Positions 47,180 through 56,918 of a DNA stretch of 64,000 nt are shown here, one piece after another. Under the pieces are notes generated by a model, which saw nothing but the letters and a program-made list of their open reading frames with translations, ran no database searches and had not been told where the DNA came from. The translations under genes were made by a program, and so were the position numbers. Each line of letters begins with the position of its first letter. Position 1 is the stretch's first letter. Origin of the DNA: a virus (taxonomy: Duplodnaviria > Caudoviricetes); the IMG/VR virus record IMGVR_UViG_3300005076_000002, positions 32,001 to 96,000 of that record, one strand, 5' to 3'.

Positions 47180-47770
47180 ATGAAAATCATGTATGGATTG
47201 CCGGTGTCTCATCGCGACCATGTCCGGCGACTATGGGAGGAAGTAAAGGAAGAGTTCGGCATTTCCTATCTTCCCGAAACCCTCCAGTTAGCATTTAAAA
47301 TGTGCTTTCGGGAATTGCTCAACGATTCTCTTCGAGTGGCGCTATTCGACGGTTCGGTGGCCGTCCATGTAAACAACGCTCTGATTGAAGCCCACGTCAC
47401 TGCCACTGTAGAGAATATGGATGAGGATGCATGCATTGATCTGCTGACAGATGCCAGAAACTATGTGCATATTGCGGAAGAAGCATTTCCCACGCACATT
47501 CTGGTTATTATGTCGGAGGTAGCACGCGAAGGTGAGGACGAGGATGACCCGGCTAACTACCTGGAACCGTGGACAACGATGGTAGAAATGATTGTTACGA
47601 CATTCAGCTACGTTCTCACGGCCATCGTCCCAAGGTTAGACCCGGAGCATACCGTGGCGGAAGAAATAGGTGTAGACCGCCTTAAACGCGCCGTACAGTT
47701 AGTTACTGGCGATACTTCCAATATCACTGTATCCCAGGACTATGGCTTTATTGTAATCGAGGCTGATTAA
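47180..47770 (+). CDS. Hypothetical acidic protein (small-gene cluster)
   Basis: AGGAG SD. Confidence 0.7.
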   Translation: MKIMYGLPVSHRDHVRRLWEEVKEEFGISYLPETLQLAFKMCFRELLNDSLRVALFDGSVAVHVNNALIEAHVTATVENMDEDACIDLLTDARNYVHIAEEAFPTHILVIMSEVAREGEDEDDPANYLEPWTTMVEMIVTTFSYVLTAIVPRLDPEHTVAEEIGVDRLKRAVQLVTGDTSNITVSQDYGFIVIEAD

Positions 47771-47798
47771 CGGCCTCTTTTTTTGTAAGGAGAATATC

Positions 47799-48212
47799 GT
47801 GGCAAATGTTAGTTCTCTTAAGCCTGGGCAGGTTCTGTCGTTTGAACTGCTTACTAACCTCCTCTCCAACGAATACCGTAATGTGGTACTCGAAGGCGTG
47901 GTCGGTTATAAACAGGCCAAACGTATCGAGGATGTTGACGCTACCCATGCCAACATTATCGGTTCCCTTCCCCAAGGTACTCCCAAGAATGCACGGGAGT
48001 ATAACTACCTCCACATCACGATGCCGGACGGCTCTGAACGTGCGGTCGGTATTCCGTGGATCAAAGACCCTATCAACGTGGTCACTAAACAAATCATTGT
48101 CGCCCGCATTAATGGCTCGTCCATTGAAGATGGTGATGTAGTTGCCAAGGCATTGCGTGCCTACGGCTTTACCGATTTCCAGCTGGAGGTTAACGGCGAT
48201 GTCCGAAATTAA
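47799..48212 (+). CDS. Conserved protein, phiKZ gp49-like
   Basis: TAAGGAG SD; G...SF..., HANI...LP.GTP, G.PWI motifs; upstream of the DNA polymerase. Confidence 0.65.
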   Translation: MANVSSLKPGQVLSFELLTNLLSNEYRNVVLEGVVGYKQAKRIEDVDATHANIIGSLPQGTPKNAREYNYLHITMPDGSERAVGIPWIKDPINVVTKQIIVARINGSSIEDGDVVAKALRAYGFTDFQLEVNGDVRN

Positions 48213-48663
48213 TGACGTCATGAAGATTCAGGCAGCCAAGACAGCCCATGAAGTTAACTTGGCCCTGAAGCTTTTCCTCGGCGAAGAAGCCATGCCATGC
48301 TGGGACAAGCTCCCGGCAGAAATTAAGCACCGGAACATCATTGGGGTTAATGCGGTTATCGACAACCCCAACATCACTCCGGCTGAAATCCACCAGACCT
48401 GGGTCGACGTCATGCTTAAAGAAGGCTGGCGTGTAGGTCCCAAGATCGATACCATCAAGAAGGCACATCCTTCCTTGGTACCGTACATGGAGCTGGAGGA
48501 TAACCAGAAGTTGAAAGACGTGCTCTATCTGGCCGCAGTTAAATCTATCCTGCCGCTGGATTACTCTGCCGCGCCTCAGCAACAGAAACAGCCGCAGAAA
48601 CCTATCAACTTCGAAAACCAATCGCCTGTAAACCGCCAAGGTGCATCGTTCGACGAAGAATAA
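48199..48663 (+). CDS. RyR-domain protein
   Basis: ATG 48199 follows GGAGGT; AHEVN..W..L, H..W......GW..G...D..KK.HP.LVPY.EL...K.KD is the RyR repeat signature. Confidence 0.8.
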   Translation: MSEINDVMKIQAAKTAHEVNLALKLFLGEEAMPCWDKLPAEIKHRNIIGVNAVIDNPNITPAEIHQTWVDVMLKEGWRVGPKIDTIKKAHPSLVPYMELEDNQKLKDVLYLAAVKSILPLDYSAAPQQQKQPQKPINFENQSPVNRQGASFDEE

Positions 48664-48742
48664 TCAGGAGTGGGGAAACCCACTCCTCTGTTATTTTTGA
48701 CTCGTGCGGGAATTATTTGTACAAACAGGCCGGTATTACAAA

Positions 48743-50905
48743 ATGTCCAAATTCCTTAGACCTTCTGCCGAATATGTTCGCGAGATAGATGTAATTGGTG
48801 GTTACTTCGAACAGGCCGCCCTTTACCTCCATCGCTCTACAGGCAAGCCAATTGCTGTTGTAGAAGAGTGGCTCAAAGTTCAGTTCGCCAAAGGCGGACG
48901 TTTTGAGTTGATCCCTCCTACAGTCCAGATTACGGTACGCGATCCCGAAACCGGCGATCGACGTGCAAGCTCTACCAACGTAGCCAGACTACTTAAGTTG
49001 GTAGCTGATAAGAAGTTGATCATATCGCCATCAATGACGGTCTATCTGCCACCGTCGGTGAAACGTTCTTTACTTTCCGAATTCATCGATGAGAACATCA
49101 CGAAACGCGGTAAGGTAAAGAAAGAGATGCTGGCGGCTAAAGCAGCCGGTAACCATATCCTGGAACAGAACAAGTCCAACGAGCAGAACTCCCTGAAGAC
49201 ACGTAACAACGGTCTGTCGGGTGCCCACTCCTCACCGTTCACTATTCTGTTCAACAAGTCCACTCACTCTTCTCTCACGTCTACGTGTCGTTCTGCTACC
49301 AGTTACGGGAATGCTAATAATGAGAAGGTGTTGGCGGGGTCACGACACTATTGGGCCCCAGGGATAGTTATTAACAACATGTTGTCTATTTCTACACTAA
49401 CCGACTTTGAAGAGTTTGGTGCGTGCATCCGTGACAACAACATGTATATCCCGACCGTCGATGACGTCATGGATGTAGTTGAATACTCCGCCAAGCTGTT
49501 CTGGCGTAATGGTAAAGCAATGCGACGTATCCGTGAGTTCGCTGAAAAACTCGAGCCTATGGAACGTGCTGCTTTCGTCTACATTGGTGATCTGTACCAC
49601 GTTGCCAAGTATAACGATGGTTTGATGCGCGGCATTATCACTGACTTTATTCAGCTGGTTGATGAGCCTGCTACCGAAGAAGAGATCGGTGAGATTCGCC
49701 AGACGTTGGATGGCGATACCACGGTCGTGCTTTCCCTGCTTTATTCTCATATCGTAGGCTCGCGTAACCTGTATAAGGTTAACGAAGAGAACCCGGAACA
49801 GTACGCAGTTATCATGAAGGGCGCACAGCGCATCTACGCATTGATTGACAAGTACCTGAAGTTCTTCCAGGCTATCCTAGTTACTCGCAATGTGCCAGCA
49901 TCCATCGCCAAAATCCCTGAGACAATCCGTCGGGTATCTCTGGTATCTGATACTGACTCCACTATGGCAACCGCTATGTGGTGGTCGGATTGGTATTGTG
50001 GTGAGAACGCTATCGGTCAAGAGGCCGATGCAGTAGCTGATGTGGTATCGTATCTGGCCGTGCAGAATATCGCACACATGATGGCTAGAATGTCTACCAA
50101 CATCGGCGTAGACGAGATGCATAAGTTCCGCTATGCCATGAAGAACGAGTATAAGTTTGCAAGCTTTGCTCTGACGAACAAGGCGAAGCATTACTTCTCG
50201 CTCATCACATCTCAGGAAGGGACGTTGTCTGAAGAACCGGAACTGGAAGTTAAGGGTGTAGCACTTCGTACCTCAAACATTCCACCGGTTGTAATGAAGG
50301 AGTTCCGTGCCACGATTAAACATCTGAGTACGGAAGTGATGGAGGGTCGTAATATCGAACTATATCCTCTCCTTCGTAAAGTGGCCGCTATCGAGGAAAG
50401 CATTATCCAGTCGGTACGTGATGGTGACTATATGTACCTGAAGACTGGCCAAGTGAAGACCAAAGAAGGTTACAGTAAACCTGAGTCGTCCAACTACCAC
50501 TATTACGAGATGTGGGAGGAGGTATTCGCAGGTAAGTACGGTAACGTAGGGTTGCCGCCTTATGACGTGGTGAAGGTTTCAGTAGACTTGGATAACAAGA
50601 CTCTGATGAGACGTTGGATAGATACGATGGAAGACCGTTCGCTGGCAGCTCGTTTGGCAGCATGGCTTCTGAAGAAAGGTCGTACCTATAACCAGCTGCT
50701 CTTGCCAGAGGCATTGTTGGGCAATGGTATACCGAAAGAAATCCTGGATGTAGTAGACTATCGTCGAATCATCTTTGCATCGGTAGAGCCGTATTACCAC
50801 ATCCTTGAATCACTGGGTGTTTATACCATCGATAAGAACCGAACCAGACTTCTGTCTGACTACTATGGCCAGTCCGTACTGGACAAATACAAGGAAGCTG
50901 CATAA
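48743..50905 (+). CDS. Family B DNA polymerase, polymerase subunit of the split enzyme (phiKZ gp50-like)
   Basis: QNSLK..NNGLSG, HSSLTSTCR, motif C SDTDS, MKNE, KHY, EVKGV motifs. Confidence 0.9.
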   Translation: MSKFLRPSAEYVREIDVIGGYFEQAALYLHRSTGKPIAVVEEWLKVQFAKGGRFELIPPTVQITVRDPETGDRRASSTNVARLLKLVADKKLIISPSMTVYLPPSVKRSLLSEFIDENITKRGKVKKEMLAAKAAGNHILEQNKSNEQNSLKTRNNGLSGAHSSPFTILFNKSTHSSLTSTCRSATSYGNANNEKVLAGSRHYWAPGIVINNMLSISTLTDFEEFGACIRDNNMYIPTVDDVMDVVEYSAKLFWRNGKAMRRIREFAEKLEPMERAAFVYIGDLYHVAKYNDGLMRGIITDFIQLVDEPATEEEIGEIRQTLDGDTTVVLSLLYSHIVGSRNLYKVNEENPEQYAVIMKGAQRIYALIDKYLKFFQAILVTRNVPASIAKIPETIRRVSLVSDTDSTMATAMWWSDWYCGENAIGQEADAVADVVSYLAVQNIAHMMARMSTNIGVDEMHKFRYAMKNEYKFASFALTNKAKHYFSLITSQEGTLSEEPELEVKGVALRTSNIPPVVMKEFRATIKHLSTEVMEGRNIELYPLLRKVAAIEESIIQSVRDGDYMYLKTGQVKTKEGYSKPESSNYHYYEMWEEVFAGKYGNVGLPPYDVVKVSVDLDNKTLMRRWIDTMEDRSLAARLAAWLLKKGRTYNQLLLPEALLGNGIPKEILDVVDYRRIIFASVEPYYHILESLGVYTIDKNRTRLLSDYYGQSVLDKYKEAA

Positions 50906-50925
50906 CAAAAAACTAGAGGAGGCCA

Positions 50926-51987
50926 TCAGGCCTCCTCTATTAGTTGATATATGTTTTCCTCAAATGTGCGGTATATATATGTGGAGAACTGCGTGGGCAG
51001 CTTCTCTAAAACTCGTGTGTCTTTCATCTGTTCATGATGCCGGACCCACGTCGACAACTTACCACTGTCAATTGACGAATCAGTCAACTTGGCAGCCAGC
51101 AGACCTAAGTGGATAAGCGGCAGCTGGAAAATATCCATAGTCCATTGGCACTGTCGAGTTTTGACCAAATCTGGTTCAGTCGTTAACTCGAAGGCGCTAT
51201 CGGCAAATGGCAGTTGTATCTGATAGAGGTATTGTGAGATTGCTCGTGCACCGCTACCCATGCGGTTAATGACATATCCAACATTATCTGCTATCTTGCC
51301 GTCAACATTAGCAAGAGGGAATTCGCGAAATGGTGCGTATTTAATCTCCGGTAATCCCGCCAGCTGGCGGTAGATACGATTGAAGTAACTGATATTCATG
51401 TAGGACTGAATAGCATTGAACATCGCGTACTTTGCTACGAAGTTCAAAGTGTTCTCCGACGATTCGGAACGTCGTACGGCTTTTGCCCACATGATGTACT
51501 GGTACGCCAACATGGGTACGTTAATCGCGATTACCGCAATGGTATCAGTTGACTTATTTCCACCTAGACAAGTGTCCAGGTTTGTTTCACAATGGTATAA
51601 AAACTTGACAGGGGCCAGATGTTCCCACGGACCGGGTTCAAACTCAGTGTTGTGGAATACTATGACTTCCTGTGCTCCGTCGAGCATGACGTTCTTGTGG
51701 GTCGTACCGTAGTTAGTACCAGACGTGACATTCATCGCGTTGGACAATTGGTACATCCGCTCCGTCATTGCATAGTGGAGTTCGTCCAAAGACATGCGTC
51801 GATTAAGTCCAAGGCTCTGTAAAATCCTCACTAAGAAGTGATTAGGTTTAACAAAGTCGGACGAAGCAATTACGCGGGCTCTACGGCGAAACAAGTTTTT
51901 ATTAACAGTATCGCGTATATATTTGAAGGACGGGTCAATCGACCTTCCGCGCTGTACTGCGAGTGGACGATTTAGTAGTACGTTCAT
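50926..51987 (-). CDS. Conserved virion protein (phiKZ gp52-like)
   Basis: H.LVRIL, W..LAPV, IAINVPML..QY..W motifs; divergent from chmA. Confidence 0.7.
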   Translation of the reverse strand: MNVLLNRPLAVQRGRSIDPSFKYIRDTVNKNLFRRRARVIASSDFVKPNHFLVRILQSLGLNRRMSLDELHYAMTERMYQLSNAMNVTSGTNYGTTHKNVMLDGAQEVIVFHNTEFEPGPWEHLAPVKFLYHCETNLDTCLGGNKSTDTIAVIAINVPMLAYQYIMWAKAVRRSESSENTLNFVAKYAMFNAIQSYMNISYFNRIYRQLAGLPEIKYAPFREFPLANVDGKIADNVGYVINRMGSGARAISQYLYQIQLPFADSAFELTTEPDLVKTRQCQWTMDIFQLPLIHLGLLAAKLTDSSIDSGKLSTWVRHHEQMKDTRVLEKLPTQFSTYIYRTFEENIYQLIEEA

Positions 51988-52000
51988 TCTGCCCCCATTC

Positions 52001-52031
52001 CAAAAAAAATCAGATATATTTTATCAGAGTG
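52001..52031 (+). promoter_or_regulatory. Early-type promoter of chmA
   Basis: A-tract, CAGATA-TATTTTATC-AGA-GTG. Confidence 0.6.
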
Positions 52032-52099
52032 CAAGTTAGGAGTAAACACTAATCTCTGCACGCGTGTACAAAAGATGATCTACCTATAAGGAAACGAGT

Positions 52100-53965
52100 A
52101 TGTCCTTCACTACTGGTGAAAACGAAAACAAAACCATCAACGACGTTCAAGCTGCTGACAAGGGCAGTGAGCGTAAGCCGCGCAAACCTCGTGATGAACG
52201 CGATGCACCGATCCGTCAGAATACCGGCCGCATGGCCAGTTTCCGTAACATCGGCGAGTACGGCCGCGCCGAAGAAATGCACAAGACCTACCAAGAGATC
52301 GTCAAGACTCAAGGTGGTATCGCTGGTGAACTGCTGCCGGTAATCGGCGACGTCCGCCGTGAACTTTCCGATGAGTTCGGCTACCTCATCTACCTGACCC
52401 AGCACGCCGGTGAAACCTTCTGGCACCTGCTGGTTCTGGAATCCCAGAAGTGCCCGGTCATCAAGCGTCCGGTGAACGACCGTGGTGCTCGTCGTCGCGA
52501 TGAAGACGTGTACGAGTTCTTCACCACCACCGATGGTATCACCGTCGAGCTCAACGAGCTGATGGAAGACTACATCAAGACCGCCGTCGAAAATGCCGGC
52601 AACCTGGTTGCGACTTCCGTAACCGTTGTTCCCTGCGAAATCGACGTCACTGATCCGCTGGCTATCCGTCCGTTCCTCATGTCTGCTGACGAAGCCAACT
52701 GGACCATCGCCGGTATCGACGATCCGTTCAACGGCGACTACCTGCCCGAAGGCGGTTCCGTACGCGGTAGCCTGAACTTCCAAGTCGGTGCCACTGCAAA
52801 AGACCTGTCCGGTCAGCCGCTGCGTGCCGACTTCGTCGGTTCCATCCGTGAACATCTGGAGCGTACCAACCCGAACCTGCTGATGGCCAACGACAAGGGC
52901 GACACCTTCGTAACCTTCGCCGGTTACGTTGATGCCCGCTACGTCGGTGTGCGTGACGATGGCGATCGTCGTCGTCGTCGTGACGAGGAAGTCGAGACTG
53001 CCTGCTTCGCCCCCGAAGTAGTCATGACCGAAGTCGACCTGTACCACGAAACCAAGAACGGCCCGCTGGCCCGCCTGGCTCTGGCACTGTCCTTCCTGCC
53101 GCAACTGAACACCAACTTCCGTTGGGTTCAGCAGTTCGCTCCTTCCACCGCGAAGAACCAACTGCGCGACATCACCGGTTTCGGCTACGGTTTCGACCCG
53201 GATGGTCCGATCGCCCCCGATCGCATCCTGGCCACTGCCGAAGATCTGCACGATGACAAGACCTTCAACCGCCTGCTCGACAAGATCTTCGACACCGAAG
53301 ATGGCGTCGACTTCGCATACCTGATTCGCGAAGGTGGTGTTGGTTACGCAACCGCCAAGGTTCTGATCGACCTCTACAACGGCTCCGATGCCGCCGAAGA
53401 TGCTCTGATCCAGGCCCTGGATGATCTGACCGACAACGAGTTCTCCCGTCTGTGGAACAAGGTCGAAGACCAGACCATCGTCGCTGATGTGCTGCGTCTG
53501 CCCAACGGCTACTACACCGCCGAAGACGGTATCCGTCCGATCGAAGACATCGACATGCTGGCAGTGCTCAACCGCCTGACCAACAAGAACGATGACTACC
53601 TGGACGACTACCTGGCCTGTACCACTCCTGGTGACGACTGCCCGTACGACTACAACGAGCGTATGACCCGCCTGGTCGCGATCTACGACTACGTTACCGG
53701 TCGTACCTTCGTCCAGAAGGGTGTGTCCACCAAGGTCTGGTTCGGTTCCGACTTCCTCGAGTGCGTCTTCGCAGCCGTGGAGCGTTCCGATCTGGCCCTG
53801 ACCATGGACGTGGATGGCGATTCTTCCTTCGGTCGTCGTTCCCGTGCGGTCTCCCGTCGTCACGGCGTCGCCAACAACCTGGCCCGCCGCGAATCCCGTC
53901 GTCACAACTCCCGGACCCGCTCCGGTGGCTACGTTAACACCAGCTACCGTCGTGGTGCCCGCTAA
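52100..53965 (+). CDS. chmA: Chimallin, phage nuclear shell protein (phiKZ gp54-like)
   Basis: 621 aa; GQPLRADF, GYVD, LPNGYY......RPI.DID.L motifs; extreme codon bias; between the gp52-like and nvRNAP beta' genes, with its own promoter and terminator. Confidence 0.88.
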   Translation: MSFTTGENENKTINDVQAADKGSERKPRKPRDERDAPIRQNTGRMASFRNIGEYGRAEEMHKTYQEIVKTQGGIAGELLPVIGDVRRELSDEFGYLIYLTQHAGETFWHLLVLESQKCPVIKRPVNDRGARRRDEDVYEFFTTTDGITVELNELMEDYIKTAVENAGNLVATSVTVVPCEIDVTDPLAIRPFLMSADEANWTIAGIDDPFNGDYLPEGGSVRGSLNFQVGATAKDLSGQPLRADFVGSIREHLERTNPNLLMANDKGDTFVTFAGYVDARYVGVRDDGDRRRRRDEEVETACFAPEVVMTEVDLYHETKNGPLARLALALSFLPQLNTNFRWVQQFAPSTAKNQLRDITGFGYGFDPDGPIAPDRILATAEDLHDDKTFNRLLDKIFDTEDGVDFAYLIREGGVGYATAKVLIDLYNGSDAAEDALIQALDDLTDNEFSRLWNKVEDQTIVADVLRLPNGYYTAEDGIRPIEDIDMLAVLNRLTNKNDDYLDDYLACTTPGDDCPYDYNERMTRLVAIYDYVTGRTFVQKGVSTKVWFGSDFLECVFAAVERSDLALTMDVDGDSSFGRRSRAVSRRHGVANNLARRESRRHNSRTRSGGYVNTSYRRGAR

Positions 53966-53987
53966 CCTACAAGTTAGCTATTAAACC

Positions 53988-54020
53988 GAAGAGGGCCTCG
54001 CGCCCTCTTCTTTTTTTCTT
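53988..54020 (+). terminator. Intrinsic terminator after chmA
   Basis: GAAGAGGGC-CTCGC-GCCCTCTTC-TTTTTTT. Confidence 0.8.
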
Positions 54021-54041
54021 AGTACGTACTCGGAAAAAATA

Positions 54042-55550
54042 ATGCTGACTAAAAAAAGAAATGGCATAAGTCTCGTACTTAAGAGCCACGAGTTAATCTT
54101 TCGTAAGCTGAAGATCAAACCGATCATCATCAACGACATCGCCACACAGTACAGTAGCATCCAAGCTGCTGAAATGATCAACGAGCTTATTCGTACGCAC
54201 TATGCTGACGATAAACTGAATACCCTGCCGTCCTGCGGCTGTGGTGCGTTGACCGGTGGATTCAATGAAGGTCTGGATTGCGTTCAACCTGATTGTCCGT
54301 CACCTCGTGTGGAGCGGATTATCGACAGGCCACTTGAAGCTCAAATCTGGCTGCGAGTACCTGAAGGCATTCCGGCGTTTGTAAGTCCACGTTTCTGGGC
54401 ATTCTTTAATGCCAACTTCAGCGTTACCAAGCTGGACTTGATGGAATGGTTAACCAACCCGTCATACCAGCCGCCAACGCCGTACTCCGATAACGTACAA
54501 GCGGTCATTGATTGCTTGCAGGATAACGGCATTGAACGAGGTCTCTCGTTCTTCTATTACAACTTCGATAAGATCATGGACGTGGTCTTAAATCCGAATC
54601 CGTTCTTGAAACACAAGACGGGTAAGGAAGGTCGAGCATGGGCTAAGGAGCAGACGTGTATCAAAATGCGTCGCTTTGTGCGGATGTATCGCAATTGCAT
54701 CTTCACGAGACTCCTCCCGTTCCCGTCTAAGTTGGTTATGGTGACCGAGCAATCAGGCAATACGACGTACGTGGATCCGACCATGACGCCGGCATTCGAC
54801 GCAGTCAAAACGCTGTGTTCGATTGAGAATAGCCCGACTCGGTTATCAGCCACAACAGTCAATGGCCGTACGGTGCGCATCATTAAGCAGTTGGTGCAAT
54901 ACTATTCAGGCTTTAAGACTGAGACCTGTGGTGGTAAGAAAGGTATCTTCCGACGTCAGTTGGGATCTACCCGTTCACCATTTACCGGTCGTGCAGTAAT
55001 CGCCCCGCTCTCAATGGATCATGAGTATGATGAAATTCATACGCCGTGGTCGTGGACGGTTTCGCTATTGCGCGTACATATTGCCGGGCAGCTCCTCAAA
55101 GCACCCTACAACATGACTCCGCCGCAAATCCTCAAGAAGATTGACCAAGGGACGGTGGCCTATTGCCCCATCATCCATGAAGTCATCAACAAGATGATTG
55201 CAGATTCACCCGAGGGCGGTATTCCTCTGGCTCTGCTGCGTAATCCGACATTGGAGCGCCTCTCCGACCAACCCTTCCGTATTACGAAGGTACTGACCAA
55301 CACTGCCGTGCATGCAATCCTGATTTCCGTATTGGCCATTAAAGGTTCCAATGCTGACTTTGACGGTGACATGCTCCAAGGTAAGTTGCTCATCGACAAC
55401 CGTGAGAAAGCCCAGTTCAAACGGCTGGCTGCTCATAACGGTTTGATTGATAGCGATAAGGCACGGACTATTAAAGGGGTTATCACGCTCCACCCCGAGG
55501 TCATCTCTATGACCAATAAGTTCTTCGATACTTATCGCGTAGCTGTATAA
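54042..55550 (+). CDS. Non-virion RNAP beta' N-terminal subunit (phiKZ gp55-like)
   Basis: Zn-ribbon Cys residues, GKKGIFRR, RAVI, RNPTL and catalytic NADFDGD. Confidence 0.92.
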   Translation: MLTKKRNGISLVLKSHELIFRKLKIKPIIINDIATQYSSIQAAEMINELIRTHYADDKLNTLPSCGCGALTGGFNEGLDCVQPDCPSPRVERIIDRPLEAQIWLRVPEGIPAFVSPRFWAFFNANFSVTKLDLMEWLTNPSYQPPTPYSDNVQAVIDCLQDNGIERGLSFFYYNFDKIMDVVLNPNPFLKHKTGKEGRAWAKEQTCIKMRRFVRMYRNCIFTRLLPFPSKLVMVTEQSGNTTYVDPTMTPAFDAVKTLCSIENSPTRLSATTVNGRTVRIIKQLVQYYSGFKTETCGGKKGIFRRQLGSTRSPFTGRAVIAPLSMDHEYDEIHTPWSWTVSLLRVHIAGQLLKAPYNMTPPQILKKIDQGTVAYCPIIHEVINKMIADSPEGGIPLALLRNPTLERLSDQPFRITKVLTNTAVHAILISVLAIKGSNADFDGDMLQGKLLIDNREKAQFKRLAAHNGLIDSDKARTIKGVITLHPEVISMTNKFFDTYRVAV

Positions 55551-55559
55551 GGAGAATCC

Positions 55560-56162
55560 ATGGCAACTCGTATAAGCGGATATGACAACAGGTCTGTGCG
55601 TGACCTGATGTACTACCGCCCGGACCGCGAGATAGAAAACTATCACCAGTCTCGAGCTAGCTCTAGACGGGTTTCTGACGCATTTCGTGAGCGGACTAAC
55701 AACCTGATCTCCAAGGTGCGGGAAAGTAACGCATATCGTGCTACACTGGCTTCTGTTCGACGTTTGAAGAACCGTGGCCGTATAGATGTAATCAGCCAAC
55801 TGACCGACATTGGCGCAATGCAAAATGCGACGCCGGTTATGCAGCGGATTATCATGGCCAACCCCAGGGTGCGCAATCGCTACCGTAAACGCATGGTCGA
55901 AGGTTACCACGGTGAATACGTCGAACCTAACAAGTTCGAATATAAGCACAGTGATTACACCTATCGCCAAATCATGCATGGTGTTGCCGAACTGAACGAA
56001 GCCGAAGTAACTGCCACTACCTACCACTTGGACATCGATGAACAAGACATCATGACCGAGTTCGACCGTAGTGAGGCACGTATAACTTGGGCTGCAATCG
56101 AACGTGCGCTGGAGCGCGGAGAAGATGACCCGACTTCTATCTTCAATGCCCGCCTTCGCTAA
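55560..56162 (+). CDS. phiKZ gp59 (Imp3)-like protein
   Basis: MQNA..VMQR.IMANP.VR..Y.....GY, Y.YR..M.G, DDPTS motifs; synteny. Confidence 0.7.
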   Translation: MATRISGYDNRSVRDLMYYRPDREIENYHQSRASSRRVSDAFRERTNNLISKVRESNAYRATLASVRRLKNRGRIDVISQLTDIGAMQNATPVMQRIIMANPRVRNRYRKRMVEGYHGEYVEPNKFEYKHSDYTYRQIMHGVAELNEAEVTATTYHLDIDEQDIMTEFDRSEARITWAAIERALERGEDDPTSIFNARLR

Positions 56163-56427
56163 CTACCTCAAGTTAACCATCAAACGCTACAAAGTGGCTT
56201 GGCCGTTTATCAGAAAGGTGGCTGGCCAGGCCACGATATCCTATGTACATCGAGACAGATTCCAATTGGTATATCTGGACAGACAACCTGATGAGTTGGA
56301 TTCAATTGCCCATGTGATTGGATTCAATAACTTCGGGATGCCTGTAACACTCGACGGGGAGAGTATCGAGTATTTGTATGGTTGGCCAAACGTATTATGG
56401 CTGGCTTGGGCTTTACGCAATATATAA
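56125..56427 (+). CDS. Hypothetical protein (start uncertain)
   Basis: Fills the gap before the terminator at about 56427-56455. Confidence 0.5.
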   Translation: MTRLLSSMPAFANYLKLTIKRYKVAWPFIRKVAGQATISYVHRDRFQLVYLDRQPDELDSIAHVIGFNNFGMPVTLDGESIEYLYGWPNVLWLAWALRNI

Positions 56428-56473
56428 AGGAGGGGCTTCGGCCCTTTCTTTTTTTGCATTTGGGGCAATAGCT

Positions 56474-56887
56474 ATGGCTGAACGAGTGAAGGGTACGTTG
56501 TCCACATTAGGGTGGGCGAGGACGCCTGAGAGTAGAATGGACCGTGTGTTGACAGATTATCTGAGCGCTAACCCGTCACAGACTATCTTCTATCGCGGTA
56601 ATGTCAATTCGCTACAGAGTGACATATTCTCCTGCGGCGGTAATGTTGACCAGCTGATCCAGTACATCAAGCGTAGTCTTGGTTTGGCGTACAGCCGTCA
56701 GTTCCCAGAGAACTCTACGGTGGAAGTTACGTATACGCCAGATACGATACGGCCCGACAAAGTGGACATCCACATTTCGGTTCTGGTGTACGAAAATGGG
56801 GTAGCTTATGACCTCTCGCGAGTGATTAACGCTATCGATTCCGTATTTGTCTCTTCGCAAAATGCGGTAGAGCTAGTTAAAAATTAA
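56474..56887 (+). CDS. Conserved protein (phiKZ gp62-like; possible gp25-type baseplate fold)
   Basis: TLSTLGW, NPSQT..Y.G...SL motifs; ATG 56474. Confidence 0.55.
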   Translation: MAERVKGTLSTLGWARTPESRMDRVLTDYLSANPSQTIFYRGNVNSLQSDIFSCGGNVDQLIQYIKRSLGLAYSRQFPENSTVEVTYTPDTIRPDKVDIHISVLVYENGVAYDLSRVINAIDSVFVSSQNAVELVKN

Positions 56888-56918
56888 TTCCACGGTTATC
56901 GTTTGAAAGGAGAACATC

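Noticed and set aside
54042-55550. Intron, intein or homing endonuclease in the RNAP, terminase or DNA polymerase genes (phiKZ has such elements in its RNAP loci)
   Set aside because: The ORFs are continuous and of expected size, I saw no intein or HNH motifs, and the two vRNAP genes are only 12 bp apart.
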